A stretch of DNA of 52,384 nucleotides from a virus (Duplodnaviria; Caudoviricetes), in the IMG/VR virus record IMGVR_UViG_3300027969_000136, positions 1 to 52,384 of that record. One strand, 5' to 3'. Both the position numbers and the translations under genes were made by a program. The notes beneath the pieces are model-generated. The model was not told the DNA's origin. It worked only from the letters and a program-made list of their open reading frames with translations, and did not search any database. This document shows positions 26,470 through 35,119 of the stretch, piece by piece (the first letter of the stretch is position 1; every line of letters starts with the position of its first letter).

Positions 26470-27534
26470 ATGTCATCGTATTCCAATCTTAAATTTGAAA
26501 TTATTGATGTTGGCGGAAGTGACGGCGCATGGGGTGGTATTACCAACACAAATATTGGTACAGCCATTGAACAAGCCATTGTTGGTATGGCTGTGTTGGA
26601 AACAGCCGATTTTTCTTCCAATGCAATAACACTACCGTTTGCCAATACCCCATCTGCGCAAGACTTTCGTGCACTTTGTTTAAATATCACTGCTACGTTG
26701 ACAGGCGCGGGAACAGTTAATGTGCCTGCAATTCAAAAACCGTACTTGGTTTTAAACAACTCAGTAGGTGGATTTGCCGTTACAGTTAAAGTTACCGGCC
26801 TAACGGGTGTTTCTGTTCCCAACGGCAAAGGATGCCTTGTTTACAACAATGGTACAGATGTTGGCGCAGCTATTACGCATTTGACTTCTTTAACTTTGGC
26901 CTCACCCCTTGCGGTGACTTCCGGTGGCACAGGCACAACCACCCCTGCCCTTGTACAAGGCACAAACGTAACAATCACAGGCAGTTGGCCTAACCAAACA
27001 ATCAATGCTGCTGGTGCAGCGCAGGTTTATCCCAGCGCAGGTATTGCCAATTCAACAGGGTCTGCATGGGGCACAAGCTACACTACTTCGGGTAGCGGAA
27101 CGGTGGTTGCGTTGGCAACCTCGCCAACACTGGTCACTCCCGTGCTTGGAACTCCTTCTTCAGGAATTTTAAGTGCTTGTACAGTAGACGGCACGGACGG
27201 TGTTGGTTTTAGAAATATCCCAATTAACAGCCAGAGTACGGACTACACATTGGTACTAGCTGATGCAGGCAAGAGTATTTTTCATCCTTCTACGGACGCA
27301 AACAGTCGCACATTTACAATCCCTGCCAACGGCTCCGTTGCATATCCTATTGGTACGGCAGTTAGTTTTTTAAACATGTCAGCAAACAATCTGACAATTG
27401 CAATTACTTCTGACACAATGTATCTAACGGCGCAAGGCACAACCGGCAGTAGAACTTTGGCACAATACGGTTCTGCAACAGCAATCAAAATGACAAGTAC
27501 AACTTGGATGATTACAGGGAGCGCGTTGACATGA
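26470..27534 (+). CDS. second tail fibre-like protein, 354 aa
   Basis: MSSYSNL...WG..TNTN N-terminus; C-terminal ~135 aa homologous to the preceding fibre. Confidence 0.8.
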   Translation: MSSYSNLKFEIIDVGGSDGAWGGITNTNIGTAIEQAIVGMAVLETADFSSNAITLPFANTPSAQDFRALCLNITATLTGAGTVNVPAIQKPYLVLNNSVGGFAVTVKVTGLTGVSVPNGKGCLVYNNGTDVGAAITHLTSLTLASPLAVTSGGTGTTTPALVQGTNVTITGSWPNQTINAAGAAQVYPSAGIANSTGSAWGTSYTTSGSGTVVALATSPTLVTPVLGTPSSGILSACTVDGTDGVGFRNIPINSQSTDYTLVLADAGKSIFHPSTDANSRTFTIPANGSVAYPIGTAVSFLNMSANNLTIAITSDTMYLTAQGTTGSRTLAQYGSATAIKMTSTTWMITGSALT

Positions 27535-29027
27535 GTGGTATCCTTCAAAATTTTGCCTATGGCCGAGCATTCACCTCGGCTCCTGTAAACACTGTGGCTC
27601 CAGCGGTGACTGGCACGGCGCAGGCACGGCAAACATTAAGTTGTTCTACAGGCACTTGGACAGGAATTCCTACGCCTACTTACACATATCAGTGGCAGTA
27701 CGGTGCTTCAAACACTCCCATTTCAGGTGCAACAGCTAGCACCTATGTTGTAGCAACTACGTATGTTGGTCAAACAATTCGTTGTGTAGTAACGGCAACT
27801 AACTCTACTGCGGCGGTTAGCGCAAACTCAAACTCGACTTCTGCTGTGACAGCCAACGTGCCAGCGGCACCAACAATTGGTACAGCAACAAGCGCAGGAG
27901 CAACAAGCGCAACAGTTACATACACAGCCCCTGCGGATAATGGCGGTGCAACAATCACGCTTTATACGGCCACATCTTCTCCCGGCGGTTTGACGGGTAC
28001 TTTGGCTACTGCTGGATCAGGAACAATTACAGTTTCAGGTTTGACAACCGGTACGGCTTACACATTCACAGTTAAAGCAACTAACTCTGTCGGTCAAAGT
28101 GCCGCAAGTGCCGCGTCCAATAGTGTAACCCCTGCAATTGTTACGGGACAACAAGCATACACAACTGCTGGCACATATTCATGGACAGCACCTGCTGGTG
28201 TAACTTCTGTGTCTGTAATGGTGGTTGGAGGCGGGGGCGGCTCTATCGTACAAGATCTTGAACAATGTATCTGTTGCGTTACTTATGTAACCCCTTCAAC
28301 AAGTGCTGGCGGTGGGGGCGCTGCTTTGGGGTGGAAAAATAATTATTCAGTAACTCCCGGAAATTCTTATTCAGTAAAAGTTGGTGCAGGTGGAACTGCA
28401 GAGGGTGCAAATGGTGGCAATAGTTATTTTGTTAGTACCGCTGTAATTTATGCCAATGGAGGAACAACACCAATTGGTTTTTCTAATTGTGGAGAAACAG
28501 CATCGTATTGGGGCCCCACTAACGGTGCCAATGTTGGCGGCGGCAATGGTGGATCTTCACATTACGTTTCAGAATACACACTTGGCTGTTCTAATGGCGG
28601 TGGTGGTGCTGGAGGTTATTCGTGCCCCGGAGGAAATGGTAAACGGGGTTCAGCTGTTTGGTTTTCTGGCGGTGAGTTTTATAGTCGCGCTGCTACAGCG
28701 GGATCGGGTGGTGGTGGTGGTGGTGGAACCAAAAGCACAACCGCTTCACAAGCATCAGGTGCGGGTGGAGGAGTTGGTCTTTTAGGTTTGGGCTCCTGTG
28801 GAACAGTAGGAAGTGGTAACGGCGGTGGTGGTGGCGGTGGTTCTGGAGGCTGTAGCGGAAGCGCTTTTAACGGAACAAGAAACGGCGGTACATATGGCGG
28901 CGGTGCAGGCGGAACAAGTGCTGTTGCAACCAATCGTACCGGAGGTACTGGCGGTGGTGGTGCTGTGCGTATTCTTTGGCCCGGCAACACACGATCATTC
29001 CCATCAACCAATACAGGTAATTTGTAA
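27531..29027 (+). CDS. Ig-like + fibronectin type III + glycine-rich domain virion protein (start MSGILQNF)
   Basis: PVNTVAPAVTG...YTYQW (Ig-like), PAAPTIGTA...GLTTGTAYTFTVKATN (FN3), WTAPAGVTSVSV.VVGGGGG (glycine-rich); ATGA overlap. Confidence 0.8.
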   Translation: MSGILQNFAYGRAFTSAPVNTVAPAVTGTAQARQTLSCSTGTWTGIPTPTYTYQWQYGASNTPISGATASTYVVATTYVGQTIRCVVTATNSTAAVSANSNSTSAVTANVPAAPTIGTATSAGATSATVTYTAPADNGGATITLYTATSSPGGLTGTLATAGSGTITVSGLTTGTAYTFTVKATNSVGQSAASAASNSVTPAIVTGQQAYTTAGTYSWTAPAGVTSVSVMVVGGGGGSIVQDLEQCICCVTYVTPSTSAGGGGAALGWKNNYSVTPGNSYSVKVGAGGTAEGANGGNSYFVSTAVIYANGGTTPIGFSNCGETASYWGPTNGANVGGGNGGSSHYVSEYTLGCSNGGGGAGGYSCPGGNGKRGSAVWFSGGEFYSRAATAGSGGGGGGGTKSTTASQASGAGGGVGLLGLGSCGTVGSGNGGGGGGGSGGCSGSAFNGTRNGGTYGGGAGGTSAVATNRTGGTGGGGAVRILWPGNTRSFPSTNTGNL

Positions 29028-29509
29028 TGAGCTACTACATTAAAGTTGAAAATGGGCAAGCGGTTGGACACCCTGCCATAGAAGAAAATTTGCTTGTTGT
29101 TTATGGACGGATACCTGAAGGTTGGGAGCCATTAACTTTGGTTGACCCTCACACATTACCGCAACGAGTATTAAAACAATATGCTTCAGAACCTACATAC
29201 AAGATAGTTGACGGTGCATGGACACAAGTTTGGGAACAAATAGATAGCCCTCCTGAAATAATTGCAAAATATGTTGAGGTACAAAAAACACTGCTTTTAA
29301 GCTCCACAGAAAGTTTTTCAGATAATTTTTCAGCATGGGTGTTTAATCCTACAACTTTAAAATTTGAGCCCCCAGTACCAAAACCAACAGACGGGCACTA
29401 CAAATGGCACGGCCCTAGCAATATGTTTAAAGAAGCACCTTTAAAACCAACAGACGGTAAAACCTATCGTTTTAACTTCTATACTTGGGAATGGGAAGAA
29501 ATAATTTAA
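29027..29509 (+). CDS. hypothetical tail-associated protein
   Basis: WVFNPTTLKFEPPVPKPTDG..Y.W with a repeated KPTDG; AT-rich. Confidence 0.7.
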   Translation: MSYYIKVENGQAVGHPAIEENLLVVYGRIPEGWEPLTLVDPHTLPQRVLKQYASEPTYKIVDGAWTQVWEQIDSPPEIIAKYVEVQKTLLLSSTESFSDNFSAWVFNPTTLKFEPPVPKPTDGHYKWHGPSNMFKEAPLKPTDGKTYRFNFYTWEWEEII

Positions 29510-29532
29510 ACGTTAATTAACAGGAGAACGGT

Positions 29533-30258
29533 ATGGCAAAATCTAAAAAATCAAATAAAAGTTGTAAAGCAGCCGAGTCAGTTGCTGAAGTGGTGCAAAA
29601 CACGCAAGTTCAAACTGCAGTGTACTTCCCGTCAACAATTTATGTTCTTGAGCGTCCTGATTTTTTAGAAACTGTAAGCCGTGTCTCTGAAGAAAACCTA
29701 GAAATTAGCCGTGCCAAACGAGATTTAAATGAAATCTACCCCGTTGTAATGACGGAAAGTTTTTTTGCCGATCCTCGCATGAAAGACTTTTCAGAGTTTG
29801 TTGGCGCTACTGCATGGAACATCTTGAACGAGCAAGGGTACAACATGCAAAACTTCAACACTACATTTATGGAAATGTGGACGCAAGAGCACCACAAGCA
29901 CTCAGCCATGGATCAACACATCCACGGATACGGTTCTCAAATTGTTGGTTTTTATTTTCTTGAAACGCCTGAAAATTGTTCAAGGGTTGTGTTCCATGAT
30001 CCGAGAGCATCTAAAACACCAATTGATCTACCAGAACAAGACGCAAGTGTTGCAACTTTTGCAAGCAAAATGGTTAATTTCCAACCAAAACCCGGCATGT
30101 TAATGTTTGCAAACGCTTGGTTGGCGCACTCGTTTACACGGCACGCGGCTGAAACACCAATCAAATTTGTGCACTTTAACTTAGGTGTACAGTACACTGA
30201 GAACGCTGTGTTCGCCGCACCCGCCGTTGCTGCTCCTGCTGGCGCAGAAGTAATATGA
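29533..30258 (+). CDS. putative 2OG-Fe(II) oxygenase
   Basis: HIH...IVGFYFL...FHDPR...PKPGMLMFANAWLAH...FN, a double-stranded beta-helix pattern. Confidence 0.78.
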   Translation: MAKSKKSNKSCKAAESVAEVVQNTQVQTAVYFPSTIYVLERPDFLETVSRVSEENLEISRAKRDLNEIYPVVMTESFFADPRMKDFSEFVGATAWNILNEQGYNMQNFNTTFMEMWTQEHHKHSAMDQHIHGYGSQIVGFYFLETPENCSRVVFHDPRASKTPIDLPEQDASVATFASKMVNFQPKPGMLMFANAWLAHSFTRHAAETPIKFVHFNLGVQYTENAVFAAPAVAAPAGAEVI

Positions 30259-30515
30259 ACACGTATCGCATCCGCTTTAACAAAGCCCGTGGCCAAGAAG
30301 GTCGCGGGACAGTGGATCATGTGTGGCGCGTGTTTGAAAACGGTAAAGAGTTTCTGTTCAAGAACCTTGACATCACCACGCCCGTCAAAAGCGAAAAAGA
30401 TGCAAACGGGGTAGACTACAACATCACTTGCCAAGGCTATATGACAATTGATCGAGACACATCGACAGCAGTCATAACAGCCAAGGTCAAAAAGAAACTC
30501 CCAGAATTAGTATGA
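30255..30515 (+). CDS. hypothetical protein, 86 aa
   Basis: ATGA overlap; IRFNKARGQ.GRGT.DHVWRVFE. Confidence 0.75.
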   Translation: MNTYRIRFNKARGQEGRGTVDHVWRVFENGKEFLFKNLDITTPVKSEKDANGVDYNITCQGYMTIDRDTSTAVITAKVKKKLPELV

Positions 30516-30518
30516 TGT

Positions 30519-30806
30519 ATGCGCTGGCTCCTTCTGTTACTGCTGTTGGGGCTAGTTGGAGCCGTAGCCAAGAGTGGCTGTCATGTACGCGAGTTCTATG
30601 GGATTGGCTATACAACGCACGACCCGACCGAGCGTCACAAAGAAATGATGGCGTGGCTCGACAAGAATGCGCCCTATTGCAAGTCAACCGAATACATGGT
30701 GATCTGGAACAATCTGGCAGAGTGGGCGGGCACGGCAGACTCCACATGGCTGCGGGCTAAAGTTGTTCATGGATACAAAGATGCGCTTGAACGTGAAAAG
30801 AAATGA
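30519..30806 (+). CDS. small secreted or signal-anchored protein, 95 aa
   Basis: N-terminal MRWLLLLLLLGLVGAVA; two Cys. Confidence 0.72.
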   Translation: MRWLLLLLLLGLVGAVAKSGCHVREFYGIGYTTHDPTERHKEMMAWLDKNAPYCKSTEYMVIWNNLAEWAGTADSTWLRAKVVHGYKDALEREKK

Positions 30807-31042
30807 TTCCGCCCATACACAAGTGGTATCCGATGGTTCAGCCGGGGGGCGAGCCAACTAAGACGGATGCGCTTGAGCGCAGGCAAGAACGTCTTGAAGA
30901 AGAGTACAAGCAGGCGTTAAAGATGAAAAAGGTTAAGGACAAAATTGATGATCTTGAGTTTGAGTTGTACGTAAAGAAAGCTGAACGCAACCAACTTAGC
31001 CTTGAGATTTTTACAAACCGCAAAGTGGACATACTGGCATAA
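30803..31042 (+). CDS. hypothetical coiled-coil protein, 79 aa
   Basis: ATGA overlap. Confidence 0.72.
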   Translation: MIPPIHKWYPMVQPGGEPTKTDALERRQERLEEEYKQALKMKKVKDKIDDLEFELYVKKAERNQLSLEIFTNRKVDILA

Positions 31043-31043
31043 C

Positions 31044-31769
31044 ATGGTTACAGCAAAGAAACCCCCAGCTAAGGTAGCGCCTGTTAAACGGCGAACACCC
31101 AAGCCTAAAGCCGAGCAGACAATCAATGTGTCTGTTGCCGCGCCAGCACCTGCTAAAGCTGAAGCCAAGAAGGACGACAGCACTGTTGGTAAAGTCATTG
31201 GTTTGATTGAGTGGGTGGACAATCCGTTTAAGCTGTTTACAGTTATCCTGCTATCGTTCTTGTTCTTTGCTGGCTATTTTGCTTGGGACTCACGTACTGT
31301 CATCTTGAACGCCATAACAAGCTCAAGCCACCAGCCGCAGCTTAAAGAAATCAAAGTACTAGAACATGTAGCCCAAAAGCTACAAAAGGATTTAGAAGCC
31401 GAGACTGTGCTGGTTCACAAGGTAGCTTTGGTTGTAAATAGCCGGACTACGCTACTTGCATATGGTTCTAAGGGTCGGGAAACTTTGCTTGACGGCTACA
31501 ACTCCACTCTGTTTGGCAAAGATTCAACCCGTAATACCGCAGTCATTGCCATGATGAACGGTGAAGTCTATTGCGATAAGCTGGTGGCCTCTGGTAAAAC
31601 ATCCGAGTGGGAAGAAAAGCAGGGCGTAGGTTACATCTGCCGTGGCTCTATTCCGCCTGAAATGGGCGCTTTTGAAGGTTACATTTCCGTTGGATTTACC
31701 AAAGAACCGCAAGACCTTGGCGCAGTCAAAACCCGTATTAACCTAGCCGCCACTGAGATGGCTAAATAA
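31044..31769 (+). CDS. single-TM protein with GAF-like C-terminal domain (T4 holin T-like architecture)
   Basis: Basic N-terminus, one TM (LFTVILLSFLFFAGYFAW), C-terminal YICRGSIPP...GYISVGF; adjacent to lysis genes. Confidence 0.55.
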   Translation: MVTAKKPPAKVAPVKRRTPKPKAEQTINVSVAAPAPAKAEAKKDDSTVGKVIGLIEWVDNPFKLFTVILLSFLFFAGYFAWDSRTVILNAITSSSHQPQLKEIKVLEHVAQKLQKDLEAETVLVHKVALVVNSRTTLLAYGSKGRETLLDGYNSTLFGKDSTRNTAVIAMMNGEVYCDKLVASGKTSEWEEKQGVGYICRGSIPPEMGAFEGYISVGFTKEPQDLGAVKTRINLAATEMAK

Positions 31770-31778
31770 GGAGTAACC

Positions 31779-32273
31779 ATGCTTGATATTCTTTCCGGGG
31801 GCTTGCTAGGCTCCATCTTTGGCGGCATCTTCCGGATGGCACCCGAGGTGCTGAAGTTCTTTGACAAGAAGAACGAACGCCAACACGAACTAAATATGTT
31901 TGCCCGTCAATGCGAACTAGAGACACTGCGTGGTCAGCAGAAGTTGGCTGAGATTGGCGCACAGCGGGAAGCCGCTATTGACGTAGGCGTAATGGATGCG
32001 TTTAACAACGCCATCACTCAACAGGCAGAAATGGTCAAAGCCGCAGGCGGTTGGGTAGCTAGTCTGTCAGCTTCTGTGCGCCCAGTAGTAACATATTGGG
32101 TACTATTCGTTTGGTCGTTTATCCATGTATGGTTTGCATGGAACGCATGGCTTGCCGGTGCGCCTGCCGTAGAAGTATTTAAAACCATGATGACACCTGA
32201 CTTCTCAGCCCTGCTGTCTGGGACAATTAACTATTGGTTCCTTGATAGAACTCTGAAGCAGCGCGGCATATGA
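31779..32273 (+). CDS. holin-like protein (3TM, gene-transfer-agent holin family)
   Basis: SASVRPVVTY and YWFLDR motifs, hydrophobic segments, directly upstream of the lysozyme. Confidence 0.7.
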   Translation: MLDILSGGLLGSIFGGIFRMAPEVLKFFDKKNERQHELNMFARQCELETLRGQQKLAEIGAQREAAIDVGVMDAFNNAITQQAEMVKAAGGWVASLSASVRPVVTYWVLFVWSFIHVWFAWNAWLAGAPAVEVFKTMMTPDFSALLSGTINYWFLDRTLKQRGI

Positions 32274-32713
32274 ATCTAGAGTTAGCCGCTGCTCTATGCC
32301 GTCAGTTTGAGGGCTACCGCGCCAAGCCGTACCTTTGTCCGGCTGGTGTGGCTACGATTGGCTATGGTTCTACCTACTACGCAGACAAACGCAAGGTAAC
32401 TCTGGAAGATGCGCCGATGGATGAACCCACGGCACGGTCGCTTTTGATGATTGAGTTAGAACATACATACTTACCCGGTGTTTTACGTAACTGCCCCGGC
32501 CTGATTACAGACGTACGTAAGTGCAACGCCATCGTAGATTTCTGCTATAACTTGGGCACGGGACGCTTGCAAACAAGCACGTTAAAGAGGAAAATCAACG
32601 CCAATGATTGGGAAGGGGCAAAAGAACAACTGATGCTCTGGACTAAAGGTGGCGGCAAAGTACTGCCGGGCTTGTTAAAACGCCGCACGGCTGAGTGCGC
32701 CTTACTGGATTGA
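32270..32713 (+). CDS. endolysin, GH24 phage lysozyme
   Basis: FEG...PYLCPAGVATIGYG, FCYNLG and GLLKRR.AE. Confidence 0.92.
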   Translation: MNLELAAALCRQFEGYRAKPYLCPAGVATIGYGSTYYADKRKVTLEDAPMDEPTARSLLMIELEHTYLPGVLRNCPGLITDVRKCNAIVDFCYNLGTGRLQTSTLKRKINANDWEGAKEQLMLWTKGGGKVLPGLLKRRTAECALLD

Positions 32714-32716
32714 CCG

Positions 32717-34813
32717 ATGCCATTACAAAAGATTCTGTTTAAGCCGGGCGTCAACCGGGAGAACACGCGATATACCACCGAGGGCGGTTGGTACGAGTGC
32801 GACAAAATCCGTTTCCGTCAAGGCAACCCAGAGATTATTGGCGGCTGGACACAACTTTCCGCAAACACTTTTCTTGGCGTGTGCCGTTCATTGTGGAATT
32901 GGATTGCGTTATCAGGCGCTAATTATCTAGGTGTTGGTACAAACTTAAAGTTTTACATTGAAAATGGTGGCGACTACAACGACATCACGCCTATTCGCTC
33001 CACAGTTACAATCAATGCCAATCCTTTTGTAGCTACAAACAGTTCATCGGTTATTACAGTTACTGACACCGCACATGGTGCTACTACGGGTTCTTTTGTT
33101 ACTTTTAGTGGCGCAGTAGGGCTTGGTGGAAACATCACCGCTGGCGTGTTAAATGCCGAGTACCAGATTACGGTTTTGACGGCTAATACATACACTTTTG
33201 TAGCTACTGCTACAGCTAATGCAACCGATGCTTCTGGTTCTCCCGGTGGGGGATCATCTGTTGTTGCCGCGTATCAAGTCAATGCTGGCCCTGAATATGA
33301 AGTGCCAACTACAGGTTGGGGCGCAGGGGGCTGGGGTTTAGGTACATGGGGGTATGGCCTACCCGGCACAAACTCGTTGCAATTATGGAGCCAGATGAAC
33401 TACGGGGAAGACCTTGTGTTTGGCCCCCGCGGTGGTGGTTTGTATTACTGGGATGCTGGGAGTGGCTTATCTACTCGCGGTGTTGCGCTCAATACGCTTG
33501 GCGGCACCGTTACATTTACCAACGCATCACCAACAGTTGTTACTTCCACCATCCTATATACAGAGGGCGCGGCACTACAATTTAACGCAACCACCTCTAT
33601 GCCTACCGGCGTTTCTGCCAATACAACGTATTACGTCTTTGAAGTGGATGGGTTGACATTTAAACTCTTAGATAGCGCGGGGAACGCGGTTAATGCTTCG
33701 TCTACGGGTACTGGCGTTTATGTGTCTTTGATTGTTGATGCCCCTGTTGTACAGAACACTTTGACGGTATCTGACACTTCGCGTTTTATCCTTGTGTTTG
33801 GCACAAACGACTACGGCAGTTCCTCGATTGACCCAATGCTAATCCGTTGGTCAAACCAAGACGACATCTATAACTGGACACCTGACGCTACAAACCAAGC
33901 AGGTTTTACTCGTCTGTCCCACGGCTCAGAAATCATTACAACTGTACAGACCCGCCAAGAGATTGTGGTGTTTACGGACTCAAGCGTGTACTCACTGCAG
34001 TACCTTGGCCCCCCGTACGTGTGGGCACCTCAGTTGCTTGGCGATAACATCTCTATTGCCGGCCTCAACGCGGCAGTAATTGCTTCTGGTATCGTGTATT
34101 GGATGGGCGTAGACAAGTTCTACGCCTATGATGGCCGTGTGCAGACGCTTAACTGTGACTTGCGCCGCTATGTGTTTCAAGACTTTAATCAAAACCAATC
34201 TGCCCAAGTCACTTGTGGCACCAACGAAGGCTTCAACGAGGTCTGGTGGTTTTACCCCTCAAACGGTAGTACAGTAAACGACAAGTATGTAATTTACAAC
34301 TATTTTGAAAAAGTCTGGTATTACGGCACGCTTGGACGCACAGCTTGGTTGGATTCCGGCTTGCGCTCATACCCAATTGCAGCCACATACAGCAACAACT
34401 TAGTCAACCACGAAGACGGGTTAAATGACAATCAGACCGCTATAACTGTTGCGCTTGATGCGTACATTTCCTCGTCGGAGTTTGATATCGGTGATGGTCA
34501 TAACTTTGGCTTTGTCTGGCGGGTCTTACCGGACTTGACGTTCCAAGATTCCGTTGCATCCCCTTCTGCTGCAATGCCTTCCGTGACTATGACGTTATAC
34601 GGGTTGGCTAACTCTGGCTCTGGCGTGACAAGTTCAGCGGGTGCTCCTGTTGCGCAAAGCAGTGCGTATGTGATTACCGAAGAGTTCACGGGCATGATCT
34701 TCACACGCTTGCGTGGTCGTCAGATGATCTTTAAGATTGAGTCCAACCAAATTGGTACGGCTTGGCAGCTTGGCGCCCCCCGTATAGATATTAGACCTGA
34801 CGGCAGACGCTGA
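32717..34813 (+). CDS. putative tail nozzle / P22 gp10-like DNA-stabilisation protein
   Basis: 698-aa beta-rich protein; IRWSNQDD, YWMG..KFY.YDG and FNEVWWFYP motifs; precedes the internal virion genes. Confidence 0.7.
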   Translation: MPLQKILFKPGVNRENTRYTTEGGWYECDKIRFRQGNPEIIGGWTQLSANTFLGVCRSLWNWIALSGANYLGVGTNLKFYIENGGDYNDITPIRSTVTINANPFVATNSSSVITVTDTAHGATTGSFVTFSGAVGLGGNITAGVLNAEYQITVLTANTYTFVATATANATDASGSPGGGSSVVAAYQVNAGPEYEVPTTGWGAGGWGLGTWGYGLPGTNSLQLWSQMNYGEDLVFGPRGGGLYYWDAGSGLSTRGVALNTLGGTVTFTNASPTVVTSTILYTEGAALQFNATTSMPTGVSANTTYYVFEVDGLTFKLLDSAGNAVNASSTGTGVYVSLIVDAPVVQNTLTVSDTSRFILVFGTNDYGSSSIDPMLIRWSNQDDIYNWTPDATNQAGFTRLSHGSEIITTVQTRQEIVVFTDSSVYSLQYLGPPYVWAPQLLGDNISIAGLNAAVIASGIVYWMGVDKFYAYDGRVQTLNCDLRRYVFQDFNQNQSAQVTCGTNEGFNEVWWFYPSNGSTVNDKYVIYNYFEKVWYYGTLGRTAWLDSGLRSYPIAATYSNNLVNHEDGLNDNQTAITVALDAYISSSEFDIGDGHNFGFVWRVLPDLTFQDSVASPSAAMPSVTMTLYGLANSGSGVTSSAGAPVAQSSAYVITEEFTGMIFTRLRGRQMIFKIESNQIGTAWQLGAPRIDIRPDGRR

Positions 34814-35085
34814 TGGCTGAACTTAACGCAACCCCACCAAACCTACCACTGGCTCCATTGGAATACGAGCGCCGGTATCAGGATCAGTTGAACAACATTT
34901 TGCGTTTGTTTTTCCGTCAAATCTCTAACCCCGGTAATATGGGTGGAGCCACACTGAACCTTGATCTTGCAACACTGCCAACCGAAGCTGATTTTGCTAA
35001 CTTACGGTTGGGTGATGTGTACCGAGACACACAAGACGGTGTACAAGCTGGTAGCCAAATGCTTCGCATAAAGACATCAACATGA
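34813..35085 (+). CDS. hypothetical virion protein, 90 aa
   Basis: PNLPLAP.EY...QLNNILRLFF; overlaps the upstream stop. Confidence 0.75.
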   Translation: MAELNATPPNLPLAPLEYERRYQDQLNNILRLFFRQISNPGNMGGATLNLDLATLPTEADFANLRLGDVYRDTQDGVQAGSQMLRIKTST

Positions 35086-35119
35086 TATTATCCAGCAACC
35101 CCCATTTTGAGAGGCAAAA

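Noticed and set aside
26045-27534. Duplicated fibre ends as a DGR template/variable repeat or invertible cassette
   Set aside because: Differences are not adenine-specific, both copies are in direct orientation within ORFs, and no reverse transcriptase or invertase is seen
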